Of a stretch of 64,000 nt of DNA, positions 9,054-18,746 are shown piece after piece (the stretch's first letter is position 1; every line of letters begins with the position of its first letter). Position numbers and translations under genes: made by a program. The DNA comes from Candidatus Azotimanducaceae bacterium (GTDB lineage: Bacteria; Pseudomonadota; Gammaproteobacteria; Pseudomonadales; Azotimanducaceae): assembly GCA_965216005.1 (NCBI GenBank), contig OZ244143.1:4103947-4167946 (forward strand). Reading direction: 5' to 3'. The notes under the pieces were generated by a model. It saw only the letters and a program-made list of their open reading frames with translations, did no database searches and was not told where the DNA came from.

Positions 9054-11372
9054 CTAGCCGTCGCTAGCCGCCTTTGCTGTGGGTGCGGGCAACTGTACGG
9101 CGGTCTCTATGGAAGGCGTTGCCGGTACACTTTCGAGTTGCGCGATCTGCAGTGACAGACCGATCAAATCCAGGAGTACGCGACCGGCTTCTTCCAACAT
9201 GGCATCATCCTTGATGTCTTCAATCTCTTCGTCTTCGTTCTCGGTTACGCTAGAACCGCTGGTCGCGGTGTCTGCAATGTCCTCACCCTCTGCCGCGGCT
9301 TCGGCGTCTTCCAGCGCCTTGAACTCTGCCTCCTGCAGTTCGTCCAGATGGTCCAACGACTCGGCTAAGGTTTTACCCTTGGCCTTGCGGAGCGTATTCT
9401 CGAGATCCAAGCGCCACTGGTCGTCGTCGGCTTTTTCGCGCAAGCGTTGGATTTCGTTCAACGACAAGTGCGTGCGGGCGGCGTTTTCTTTGCTCTTGGA
9501 AGCAATAGCGCGGAAATAATTGAAGTCGACATTGTCCGCCGTGCGTTGTTCGTGACGGCTGTTCAGTTCCGGTAGCAACGGTGTAATGTGATTGGACTGA
9601 TCGTAGATGGCTGGTTGAATCATGTCCCATGGCATTGCATCTTCCAACGAACTCTCACCGACCTCTTCGACATCGTACAGTTCAGGGAACGGCACGTCCG
9701 GGAGAATGCCTTGGTGTTGCGTACTTTGACCGCTCACGCGATAAAACTTGGCCGCCGTGATTTTCAACTGCCCGCGATTGAGCGGGATCAGCGTTTGCAC
9801 GGTGCCTTTGCCGAATGTTTGACTGCCGAGAATGATGCCGCGTCCGTAGTCCTGTATAGCGCCTGCGAAAATCTCCGAGGCGGAAGCCGACAAACGATTG
9901 ACCATGACGGCGAGCGGCCCCTCCCACGTAATTGAGTCGTCAGTATCGGCGTAGACGTTGGCTCGGCGCCGTGCCGATTTGACCTGCACGGTGGGACCGG
10001 ATTCGATGAAGAGCCCGGTCAGCGTGTCGGCTTCCTGCAGAGACCCTCCGCCGTTGTTGCGCAGATCGATGACCAAGCCGTCGATCTCTTCCTCCTTGAG
10101 CTTGGCGATCAAACGCGACACGTCGCGGGTGGTGGAACGATAGTTCGGATCGCCCTGTTGACTGGCTTTGAAATCGACGTAGAACGTGGGAATGTCGATG
10201 ATACCGATGCGGTATTCCTGTCCGTCCTGATTGAGTGTCAGCAACTTGGCTTGTGCGGCCTGTTCTTCCAGTTGCACGGTGTTGCGTGTGATTTCGACGA
10301 CCTTGCTGATACCTTCCTCGCTATCTGCTTCGATCACTTCCAGGCGCACCATCGAGCCTTTCGGTCCGCGAATGAGCTCCACGACGTCGTCCAGCCGCCA
10401 TCCCACCACGTCGATCAAGGGACCTTTTTCGCCTTGTCCCACGCTGACGATTTTATCGTTGACGTCGATGACGCCGGCCTTGTCGGCGGGTCCCGCCGGA
10501 ACCAGGCGTACCACGGACGTGTAATCCTCATCGCTGCGCAACACGGCACCGATGCCCTCCAATGACAACGACATGTTGATGTTGAAATTCTGCGAGGTAC
10601 GGGGAGAGAAATATTGTGTGTGCGGGTCGTAAGTCGTCGCAAAAGCGTTGATGTAAACCCCGAAAGCGTCTTCGCTCTTACTTTGCAGCGTCTGTTTCAA
10701 ACGGTTCTTGTAGCGCTTGGTCAAGAGCTCGGCGATTTCCGGCAGCTCTTTGCCGTTGAGCTTCATGCCGAGTACCGCCGCTTTCAGCCGTTTGCGCCAC
10801 AATTCGTCTTGCAGAGCCTGGGTGTTCGGCCAGGGCGCGTTCTCGCGATCGATCTGAATCGATTCGTCGACAGTGAAGTCGATGTCGGTGATGCCTTTTT
10901 CGACTTCCTTCAGTAGATACTGCAAGCGATCGACGGCCCGCATCTGGTAGCGGTTGTAAATCTCATAGGCAGGTACCAGGTTGCCGCGAATCAGAGCATC
11001 GTCCAGGGTGTAGCGATATTTTTCGAATTCTGCAATGTCAGCGGCGAGGAAGTAGGTGCGCGTGCTGTCGAGGGTGTCTAAGTACTTATCGAAAACGTCG
11101 CTGGAGATACCGTCATCGATGCTTTTTTTGACGTAGTGATTATGGCGCAGCTGCTCGACCACCGTGAGACTGGTGCGCGGGTGGATGTCCAAAGGTTCGA
11201 GGACGGGTGCTGCTACAGGCTCCATGACTGCTGACGCAGTTACTTCCGTCGAGGGTGTGACCGTAGCCAGCTCTGCTTGCGCAAAGGCGAACGTCGCGCC
11301 GCCAAGGGCCGCGAGAAAGACCGTGGTGCGTAACCCGGTCGGCAAGGTCGTGGAACTGGTATTAGGTCTCAT
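9054..11372 (-). CDS. prc: Tail-specific (carboxy-terminal processing) protease, S41 family
   Basis: DPHTQY, GIGA PDZ entry, IDLRNNGGG, SASASEI, GKGTVQ. Confidence 0.95.
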   Translation of the reverse strand: MRPNTSSTTLPTGLRTTVFLAALGGATFAFAQAELATVTPSTEVTASAVMEPVAAPVLEPLDIHPRTSLTVVEQLRHNHYVKKSIDDGISSDVFDKYLDTLDSTRTYFLAADIAEFEKYRYTLDDALIRGNLVPAYEIYNRYQMRAVDRLQYLLKEVEKGITDIDFTVDESIQIDRENAPWPNTQALQDELWRKRLKAAVLGMKLNGKELPEIAELLTKRYKNRLKQTLQSKSEDAFGVYINAFATTYDPHTQYFSPRTSQNFNINMSLSLEGIGAVLRSDEDYTSVVRLVPAGPADKAGVIDVNDKIVSVGQGEKGPLIDVVGWRLDDVVELIRGPKGSMVRLEVIEADSEEGISKVVEITRNTVQLEEQAAQAKLLTLNQDGQEYRIGIIDIPTFYVDFKASQQGDPNYRSTTRDVSRLIAKLKEEEIDGLVIDLRNNGGGSLQEADTLTGLFIESGPTVQVKSARRRANVYADTDDSITWEGPLAVMVNRLSASASEIFAGAIQDYGRGIILGSQTFGKGTVQTLIPLNRGQLKITAAKFYRVSGQSTQHQGILPDVPFPELYDVEEVGESSLEDAMPWDMIQPAIYDQSNHITPLLPELNSRHEQRTADNVDFNYFRAIASKSKENAARTHLSLNEIQRLREKADDDQWRLDLENTLRKAKGKTLAESLDHLDELQEAEFKALEDAEAAAEGEDIADTATSGSSVTENEDEEIEDIKDDAMLEEAGRVLLDLIGLSLQIAQLESVPATPSIETAVQLPAPTAKAASDG

Positions 11373-11769
11373 GTATGTGTGTACCACTCTCGGTTTGGCC
11401 GAAGCCTCTCAACTTCGGGTGATGTGCAGACTCCCTTGTATGCCCGATGCGAACTGCGCCTTCTTGGCTCATCATACCTCTGGGTCACTGCTCCCATTGG
11501 ACTGATGCCGGTGCCGTTCGTTCCCCCAGAGCATAGTCAGGCAAAGTAGTGGACACTCGAGCGATCTTCCCCGATGCTCTTCCCCGCTTCAGGTGAGTGA
11601 GGATTTGTACGGCCACTGTCTCTCTGGCTCTCTAGGACGGTCGCTTAGCAGGTTATCAAATCTGCCCGCAAGAACTGTCTAGAGAATGTAACCTGCTAGT
11701 AATGTGCCTAGCAACAGCAGAGTCACTCTCCAGCATCAATGTTTGGTAAAACTTTTTGGAATATTCCCT

Positions 11770-12573
11770 ATGTCGAATCTCAGCTCCCCGGGCGAGACCC
11801 CTACTCGTCCGCCGCGTTTCTATGGCTTGGCCGTGTGGGTAAGCATAATCCTTGTCACGGCTACCGGGTGTGAACCACGAGCCATTGCCGGGGGTGCCGC
11901 GGCCGGTAACGCCTCTGAAGCCGCTACGGATAATGTCAATAATATTGACTTAAACGATGCCGGTGCGCTGGAGGGGGACATCGCCAAAGCCAGCTACCTG
12001 ATCGGATTCAGCAGCGCGAAGAATATTGTCGGACAAACATCCGGCGCAGTGGATCTCGAGGCTTATTTAGAAGGGGTGACGGACGCCGTTCAAGACCGGG
12101 CCGTCCGGGTCGACCCCGCACAGCAAGAGGTATTATTCGCCGCGCTGCAAGCGGAGATCACCAGGGGCCAAGAAGCGGCGAGTGCGGATGTCATTGCCGC
12201 GGGCAAAACCTATCGCGAAGCCTATGCCCAGAAGGACGGCGTCACGACCTTGCCGTCAGGATTGATGTACGAGGTGATCGCGTCCGGGGAAGGCGCCAAG
12301 CCTAAACTCACCGACACGGTGACGACCCATTACCACGGTCAACTCATCGACGGCACGGTGTTCGACAGCTCGGTCCAGCGAGGGACGCCGGCAAGCTTTC
12401 CGGTCAATGGGGTGATCAAGGGGTGGACTGAAGCGCTGCAGCTCATGAATGTGGGTTCGAAGTGGCGGTTGGTCATTCCGCCTGAGCTTGCGTATGGCGA
12501 ACGGGGCGCCGGCAGCGACATTAAACCGCATGCCACGTTGGTCTTTGAGGTCGAGCTGCTGTCCATCCAGTGA
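11770..12573 (+). CDS. FKBP-type peptidyl-prolyl isomerase with N-terminal dimerisation domain
   Basis: HYHGQLIDGTVFDSS, VIKGWTE, IPPELAYG, LVFEVELL. Confidence 0.95.
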   Translation: MSNLSSPGETPTRPPRFYGLAVWVSIILVTATGCEPRAIAGGAAAGNASEAATDNVNNIDLNDAGALEGDIAKASYLIGFSSAKNIVGQTSGAVDLEAYLEGVTDAVQDRAVRVDPAQQEVLFAALQAEITRGQEAASADVIAAGKTYREAYAQKDGVTTLPSGLMYEVIASGEGAKPKLTDTVTTHYHGQLIDGTVFDSSVQRGTPASFPVNGVIKGWTEALQLMNVGSKWRLVIPPELAYGERGAGSDIKPHATLVFEVELLSIQ

Positions 12574-12586
12574 CGCCGTGGTGACC

Positions 12587-13294
12587 TCAAAGTGTCGGAT
12601 CCGCTTCCAACTCGATGCCGATGGGCGCCAGAAGCGCCGGGACCTGACTCACCGTAAGCCGCACACCCCGCAAGTCGATTTCCCGGGGATTGATGTTGTT
12701 GAATGCGGCACCGCGCAAGTCTGCATCGATGAGCGTAACGCCGCGCGCGCTTAGGTTGTTCAACTCACAGCCCGTAAGATCGGCGCCCGTGAGATCGCAG
12801 TAATCGAGGCACGCCTCGTTCATGCGGGTCCCTGCCAACACCGCATGCGCAAGATAGGTGTTGGCGAAACTCCCATAAGCGAAGTTACAGTCGGTCATGT
12901 GAAAGTCGACCAGATCCGATTCACCAACAGGTAGACGGAAGTCCGCTTTCTCGAAGTCTGCACCTTGTAGCTGACAGTGCTCGAGGTGAAGGCCATAGGC
13001 CCGGCTGCGTTGGAACGACACTACAGTGAGATTGCAGTGGCGAAACGTCGTTTCGCGCAGGTTGGCTTGCGCAAAATCCGCGGGATTATCCGAGGCGTCG
13101 TTGTTGAACTGGCAGCGCACGAAGCGGGTGGAGGTGAGATCGCATGCACGAAAATTACAATCGGTGAAATCGCATTGCTCAAAAACGCAATCGGTGAGGC
13201 CCTTGCGTGCAAAATTCGCTTCTGCAAAGGCGCCATCCTTTACAGTGGACCCGGTTGTTAGAGATGCCGTATGTTTGGAACGTGAATTGTTCAT
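12587..13294 (-). CDS. Qnr-family pentapeptide repeat protein (putative gyrase-protecting)
   Basis: Pentapeptide repeats interrupted by two loops at the Qnr loop A and loop B positions. C-terminus INPREIDLRGVRL...LLAPIGI resembles the Qnr C-terminal helix region. Confidence 0.8.
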   Translation of the reverse strand: MNNSRSKHTASLTTGSTVKDGAFAEANFARKGLTDCVFEQCDFTDCNFRACDLTSTRFVRCQFNNDASDNPADFAQANLRETTFRHCNLTVVSFQRSRAYGLHLEHCQLQGADFEKADFRLPVGESDLVDFHMTDCNFAYGSFANTYLAHAVLAGTRMNEACLDYCDLTGADLTGCELNNLSARGVTLIDADLRGAAFNNINPREIDLRGVRLTVSQVPALLAPIGIELEADPTL

Positions 13295-13413
13295 GTTCGC
13301 GCCTTCATCTTCGGCGGTTACAGTGTGCCAGGGGGAGACGGAACCAGCGGCAAGCAATCGCCATAAGAGCTTAATCAATCCAGAGCGGGTTTGACACAGG
13401 AGGCCACAGATCC

Positions 13414-14196
13414 TTGAGCAACACGACGCCGGCTAAACCTCGATCAAAGTGGCGCGGACTATGGGGCGCTTTCATCCGGAAGGACCCTATGGAGCGCTTT
13501 CGGCTGCTGCGTCAGGCGGCGCGTTTTTTGGTCCCCGAGTACCGCATGAAGTGGCCGCACATGCTGTGGTGGGAAGATGAGTTTTTTACCCAGTATCTGC
13601 GCCGGTTCCATGAACTGGACGGCTTGAACACCGACCGCCGCTGGATGATGTACCAGCTTCTACGAATGTGCGCGCGGGTCCCGGGCGATACGGCTGAGTG
13701 CGGTGTTTTCAAGGGTGCAGGTTCCTATCTCATCGCCCACATGAATCAAATGCATCGGCTGGGCCGCACGCACTTGATTTTCGATTCGTTCGAAGGCTTG
13801 TCCGAGCCGGAAGATATCGACGGTGCACATTGGAGCACGGGGGATCTGAGTTTTTCGAAAACCGAGCTCGAAGCAAACTTGATTGCATTCGAGAGCGATC
13901 TGGAGATCTATTCCGGTTGGATTCCGGATACGTTTGCGAACCTGGGCGAACGGACGTATGCGTTTGTCCACATCGACGTAGATTTGTACGCACCCACGCT
14001 TGCGAGCATCGAGTACTTCTATCCGCGGTTGAATGCGGGTGGCGTACTTTTGTGCGACGACTACGGTTTGACAACATGTCCCGGTGCAACGCAGGCGATG
14101 GATGAATTCTTTGCGGACAAACCAGAGAAGTGTCTCGCACCTTCGGGCGGTTCCGGCTTCATCATCAAGGGCAATTCAACGGCGACTGCATTGTGA
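13414..14196 (+). CDS. TylF/MycF family O-methyltransferase
   Basis: GDTAECGVFKG, FDSFEG, HIDVDLY, DDYG. AGGAGG RBS before a TTG start. Confidence 0.9.
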   Translation: MSNTTPAKPRSKWRGLWGAFIRKDPMERFRLLRQAARFLVPEYRMKWPHMLWWEDEFFTQYLRRFHELDGLNTDRRWMMYQLLRMCARVPGDTAECGVFKGAGSYLIAHMNQMHRLGRTHLIFDSFEGLSEPEDIDGAHWSTGDLSFSKTELEANLIAFESDLEIYSGWIPDTFANLGERTYAFVHIDVDLYAPTLASIEYFYPRLNAGGVLLCDDYGLTTCPGATQAMDEFFADKPEKCLAPSGGSGFIIKGNSTATAL

Positions 14197-14251
14197 GGCC
14201 GTTTAGGTCGCCACTATCGTATCGTCGTGAACGACAAGACCTAAGCACGGT

Positions 14252-15499
14252 TTGACAAAGAGCACGACAGAGCCTCCCGGGGCCGACAGTATCTGGCGTA
14301 ACGGCCAGTTCCGTGTGTATCTCGGCAGCACCGCGTTCTCCGGCATGGGCTTTGCAATGCAGCAATTGCTGCTGAGCTGGATCTTGATCGGCATTCTCGA
14401 GCTGCCGGCGGACAAGGTCGGTTTGCTGCAAGCCTTGATCGGCATTCCCGGAGTGTTTTTGATGCTGATGGGCGGTGCCAGTGCGGATAGAGCCGATCCG
14501 CGCGCGATGCTGGTGTGGGTGTATCTCATAGCCCCGGTGTTTCCTGTGTTTCTCGTTGCCATGAACGCCGTCGACAGTTTGGCAGTGTGGAGCGTGGTGG
14601 TGTGGGGGTTCGGCATCAGCATCGCGCAGTCTTACAGCATGCCGGCACAACAAGCGATCTTGAACGAAGTGAGCGGCACGCTGGTGCAACAGGGGGTGAC
14701 GGCTGCAACCGCCGTGGGCTTTGTCGTGCAGGTCATCGGACTGACGCTGGCGGGTCAGATCGACCGCATCGGTATAACGCCCGTACTTTTGTGCCAGGCC
14801 GTCGCGCTATTGCTGGCTTCTTATGCCATGAGCCGCATTTACTCGAGTACCGGCAGTCGCAGTGCACCGAGTTCGATGAGTGCGTTGCAGGGTATTGTTG
14901 AGGGCTTTCGCGAAACGGTCAAAGACAGAGTCATTTTCAACGTGCTGACCATCAACTTCGTCTCATCGATCTTCAATGCGGGTTCTTTCATGACGGTGTT
15001 TCCGTTCATCGTGAAGCGCATCTACGAAGGCGATGCCGTGATGTTGTCTGCGCTGATGGCGTTGTTTTTCCTGGGCGCAGCGCTGTCCAATGCGTTGTTG
15101 TTACGCTTCATGCCGCTGCTGCGTCCGGGGAAGGTGTTTTTGATCATGCAGCTGTCCCGAATTGTCGTGCTTGGCTTGTTGTACTTGAAAGGCGACGTGT
15201 GGTTGCTTGTCATAGCGACCCTGGGCTGGGGTTTGAACATGGGCATCACTACGAATCTGGCGAGAATGATCGTCCAGGAATCGGCTAAGCCGGATTTCCG
15301 TGGGCGCATATTGGCGGTGTTCAGTGTGGGCATGGTGGGCAGTGCGCCTATTGGCGCGATTGTGCTCGGCGCGTTGATCGAATACGTGGGTGTGCTTCAG
15401 GCCCTGATTCCCGCCATGTTCGTCTCCGCCGCGCTGTTCGCTTATGGCGTGATCGCGACGGGTGTTTGGCGGTACGAAAGTGGTGGGGCGAGAGAGTGA
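14252..15499 (+). CDS. MFS transporter
   Basis: About 12 hydrophobic segments; GGASADRADPR MFS motif A-like. Confidence 0.88.
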   Translation: MTKSTTEPPGADSIWRNGQFRVYLGSTAFSGMGFAMQQLLLSWILIGILELPADKVGLLQALIGIPGVFLMLMGGASADRADPRAMLVWVYLIAPVFPVFLVAMNAVDSLAVWSVVVWGFGISIAQSYSMPAQQAILNEVSGTLVQQGVTAATAVGFVVQVIGLTLAGQIDRIGITPVLLCQAVALLLASYAMSRIYSSTGSRSAPSSMSALQGIVEGFRETVKDRVIFNVLTINFVSSIFNAGSFMTVFPFIVKRIYEGDAVMLSALMALFFLGAALSNALLLRFMPLLRPGKVFLIMQLSRIVVLGLLYLKGDVWLLVIATLGWGLNMGITTNLARMIVQESAKPDFRGRILAVFSVGMVGSAPIGAIVLGALIEYVGVLQALIPAMFVSAALFAYGVIATGVWRYESGGARE

Positions 15500-15511
15500 T
15501 ACACTAGCTCA

Positions 15512-16141
15512 ATGGCTACCGATTACTCCAGTTATCGCCGCGAGTACGAATATGCCGGACTGCGGCGTAATCATTTGAACGCCGACCCGCTCATGCAATT
15601 CGAGACATGGTTGACGCAAGCCTCGCGTGCCGGTGTCATCGATCCTACGGCAATGACGCTTGCCACCGTTAATAGCGCTCAGCAACCCAACGCACGCATT
15701 GTGCTTCTCAAGCATTTCGATGAAAAAGGCTATGTGTGGTACACCGACCAGTCCAGCATCAAAGGAATTGAACTTGCCGAATGTCCCTCGGCGGCATTGT
15801 TGTTCTATTGGAGCGGAATGGGGAGGCAGGTGCGAATTCGCGGAAGCATCAGCGCCGTCGAGGTTGCAGCAAGTGATGAATACTTCCGGTCCAGACCTTT
15901 GAACAGCCGCATAGCTGCATCTGTTTCACGGCAGTCCCAGCCCATTGAAAACAGAGCATCGTTGGAACGGCGCTTTGGGAAAGCCCTAGCAAAGCACGTA
16001 GAACGCCCTGAACGCTGGGGCGGATACCGCTTACACCCGGTGGAGTACGAGTTCTGGCAAGGCCGCGAAAATCGCTTACACGACCGGTTCATGTATCGGT
16101 TGGACGATACGGGTTGGGCAATTCAACGACTTCAGCCGTAG
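15512..16141 (+). CDS. pdxH: Pyridoxamine 5'-phosphate oxidase
   Basis: RIVLLK, RQVRIRG, EFWQGRENRLHDR. Confidence 0.96.
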   Translation: MATDYSSYRREYEYAGLRRNHLNADPLMQFETWLTQASRAGVIDPTAMTLATVNSAQQPNARIVLLKHFDEKGYVWYTDQSSIKGIELAECPSAALLFYWSGMGRQVRIRGSISAVEVAASDEYFRSRPLNSRIAASVSRQSQPIENRASLERRFGKALAKHVERPERWGGYRLHPVEYEFWQGRENRLHDRFMYRLDDTGWAIQRLQP

Positions 16142-16194
16142 CCTCGGGTAGCTACTGCTGAAGCCGTCGTTAGAACACTCAGCGGGATCTTACG

Positions 16195-16599
16195 TTAGTG
16201 CGTTACTTTTCGATCCAGACCCTTGGCTTGGCTGACCCAATCCTCGACTTGCGATTCATTGGGCAAGGCGCGCACGAGCTTCTTCTCTTCGTTGACTTCA
16301 GCCATCTTCGCCGTCAAGTTGGCGGCGTTGCGCTGGGCGAGCTCCGGAACCGTATCCACGCCGGCGCACTCGAGCAATTCTGAATACTCACCGCCTACAC
16401 CCTTAATACGCATCAGATCGGCGTGATTCACAAACTTGAGAATGAGCTTATCGCTGATCCCCGACTTTTCGACGATGGCGTCGCGCCCGGCTTTAGAGCA
16501 ACCTTGCTCCAATAGATCTTCGCACGAGCTGACACCCGCTTCTTGCAGTTTTTCTTCGTAAGCAGGCCCGATGCCTTCGATGGTTGATAGCGCCGCCAT
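16195..16599 (-). CDS. DUF4332-like helix-hairpin-helix protein
   Basis: IEGIGP and IKGVG HhH motifs, LECAGVDTVPELAQRNA. Confidence 0.85.
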   Translation of the reverse strand: MAALSTIEGIGPAYEEKLQEAGVSSCEDLLEQGCSKAGRDAIVEKSGISDKLILKFVNHADLMRIKGVGGEYSELLECAGVDTVPELAQRNAANLTAKMAEVNEEKKLVRALPNESQVEDWVSQAKGLDRKVTH

Positions 16600-16707
16600 G
16601 ACTGATCCTCTTTATTATCTTGCCGCGGAGAGTAGCCGATGATTATGGCAGGATAAACGGTGAATTGTAAAAGTGAGGTAAGCCCGCGCACCCTAACACC
16701 TCGGCGC

Positions 16708-17367
16708 TCAGGACGACGGAGGGCAAAGGGTGGCGATCTTCTCACCGACTAACGCGAAACAGAAAGTTGCGCCACAGGTTTGTGCGAGGATTTCGACGTG
16801 CTGGACATCGATGGCGTCCTTAGCCGTCAGCTCACCGACGAGATTGGCGCTCGACGGGCGCACTTGGTAGCAGGGTGGATACTGATACAGACTGGGGTAG
16901 CGGGCGACGATTTCATCGTATGCGGCCTGCTGTGGATCGACATCGTCGGTTGGGTCTCGTGCTTCACTTTTGAGCAGTGCCAGCAAGCTGTCGGTGCGAT
17001 ACCAGTACACGCGCGAGCGACCGTCGTCGCGCTTTAGAACGATGGTCTCGACGATTTCGTTGCCGGCTGTGTCGCGTGCGTTAAAGGTAATGTCGTAGAA
17101 GGTGCCTTGCACCCCACCGAACGCATCGCGCTCGACAATGGCTTGCACCTCCCGGGTTGCGGCATCCACGCGAGAGGCGTGATCCAGGTACTCGGCACAC
17201 GTGAACTGGGGATGTTTGAGCAACCCCAGCCCGTGGCACTCCTCCTCGGTGCGCGCGCCGCTTGCTGCCCGCGCGAACCAATCGTTCGCGGATCGCAGGG
17301 CCTGCGTCGTTGTCGATGCGGATTCGGCGCAGCCTGTCGCAGCGGCTATGAGCAGCGCCGCGCACAC
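16708..17367 (-). CDS. Hypothetical lipoprotein
   Basis: ORF downstream of the thiolase with a lipobox-like LLIAAATGC. The GTG start is my estimate. Confidence 0.6.
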   Translation of the reverse strand: MCAALLIAAATGCAESASTTTQALRSANDWFARAASGARTEEECHGLGLLKHPQFTCAEYLDHASRVDAATREVQAIVERDAFGGVQGTFYDITFNARDTAGNEIVETIVLKRDDGRSRVYWYRTDSLLALLKSEARDPTDDVDPQQAAYDEIVARYPSLYQYPPCYQVRPSSANLVGELTAKDAIDVQHVEILAQTCGATFCFALVGEKIATLCPPSS

Positions 17368-17402
17368 CAGCCTTTGAGTGCGCGGTGCACTTAAGGCTAT
17401 GG

Positions 17403-18641
17403 TTAAACCCGTTCGATAATGATGGCGGGGGCCATGCCACCCCCAGTACACATCGTGATCAAACCGGTGTTGAGGTCACGACGCTCCAGCTCGTCCAGAC
17501 ACGTACCGATCAGGATGGAACCCGTGGCGGCAATTGGATGGCCCAGTGCCATCGCGCCGCCGTTGACGTTGACCTTTTCCGGGTCGAGTTCCAAATCGCG
17601 GATGAACTTGGCGGCGACTACTGAAAAAGCTTCGTTGACCTCATACAGATCGATATCGTCCGCGGTCATGCCGGCGCGCGCCAAAACCTTGCGGGCGGCG
17701 GGTCCGGGTTCGTTCAACATCAAAGTCGGATCGCCGCCTACGGTGGCCATGGCCTTGATGCGCGCACGGGGTTTCCAGCCTGCGCCGTCAGCGTACGCTT
17801 TCGTGGATAGAATCAATGCCGCAGCCCCGTCCACGACACCGGAACTGTTACCTGCATGATGGACATGGTTGATTTTGAGGTCGGGATATTTACGTTTTAC
17901 CAATTGATCGAACGTTTCGCCCGTAACGTCGATGGGCGCGTCCATGAACTGATCGAATACGGTCTTCAACTCTGCCAACGATTCCATTGTGGTGCCTGGA
18001 CGCGGAAACTCCTCCCGGTCGAGCGCTACCGTGCCGTCGTCGTTATGAATCGGTACCAGGCTCTTGTCGAAGTGACCGTTGTCTATGGCGTGTTTGGCCC
18101 GGCGCTGGGATTCCACAGCCAAGGCGTCGACATCTTGTCGGGTGAAGCCATCCAGCGTGGCGATCATGTCCGCACAGATCCCTTGGTGCGGTTGCGGGTG
18201 AACGCTGCGTAAATGAAGGTTGCCGCCGTCGACCGTGCGATTGTTGGTGGCGTTGGTCAGGGTGGCTGTATACGACATCATCTCGACGCCGCCCGCCACA
18301 CACAGGTCGTCCATACCGCTCATGAGGTTGGCGGCGGCCAGATTGACGGAGGTAATACCCGAACCGCAAAAACGGTCCAGCGTGACCGCACTGGCCTTGG
18401 TGCTCCAGCCCGCATCCAAAGCGGCCATACGGCCGATACAGGAGCCTTGCTTGTCCACTTGGGAACTGCAGCCGACGACCACATCGTCGATCTCGTCGGT
18501 ATTCAAGCCGTTGCGCTCGGCTGTGGCTTCGAACACTTTGGCGAGCAGGCGACTCGGATGAAATTCCGCCAATGCGCCTTTGCCGGCTTTACCGATGCCT
18601 CGCGGTGAACGTACCGCGTCGATGATGTATGCGTCTGCCAT
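17403..18641 (-). CDS. Acetyl-CoA C-acyltransferase (thiolase)
   Basis: RFCGSG, NEAF, GHPIAATG, CTGGG. Confidence 0.95.
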   Translation of the reverse strand: MADAYIIDAVRSPRGIGKAGKGALAEFHPSRLLAKVFEATAERNGLNTDEIDDVVVGCSSQVDKQGSCIGRMAALDAGWSTKASAVTLDRFCGSGITSVNLAAANLMSGMDDLCVAGGVEMMSYTATLTNATNNRTVDGGNLHLRSVHPQPHQGICADMIATLDGFTRQDVDALAVESQRRAKHAIDNGHFDKSLVPIHNDDGTVALDREEFPRPGTTMESLAELKTVFDQFMDAPIDVTGETFDQLVKRKYPDLKINHVHHAGNSSGVVDGAAALILSTKAYADGAGWKPRARIKAMATVGGDPTLMLNEPGPAARKVLARAGMTADDIDLYEVNEAFSVVAAKFIRDLELDPEKVNVNGGAMALGHPIAATGSILIGTCLDELERRDLNTGLITMCTGGGMAPAIIIERV

Positions 18642-18694
18642 GGATGGTCCCTCCAGGTAATCAAATGCAAGTGGCGCATTCTAGCCGGCCAAGC

Positions 18695-18725
18695 AAAAAA
18701 AAGCCCCTTCGATTGAAGGGGCTTT
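18695..18725 (-). terminator. Rho-independent terminator of the TonB receptor gene
   Basis: AAAGCCCCTTC-AATC-GAAGGGGCTTT stem-loop continuing into a T run on the minus strand, about 20 bp after the stop. Confidence 0.9.
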
Positions 18726-18746
18726 CCAGCCGTTAGGCGCTTGCGG

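Noticed and set aside
9051-9070. 10-bp duplication TCGCTAGCCG x2 at the prc stop
   Set aside because: Trivial slippage-type repeat affecting only the last residues.
13295-13413. LexA box upstream of the qnr-like gene (as in qnrB)
   Set aside because: No CTG-N10-CAG motif was seen.
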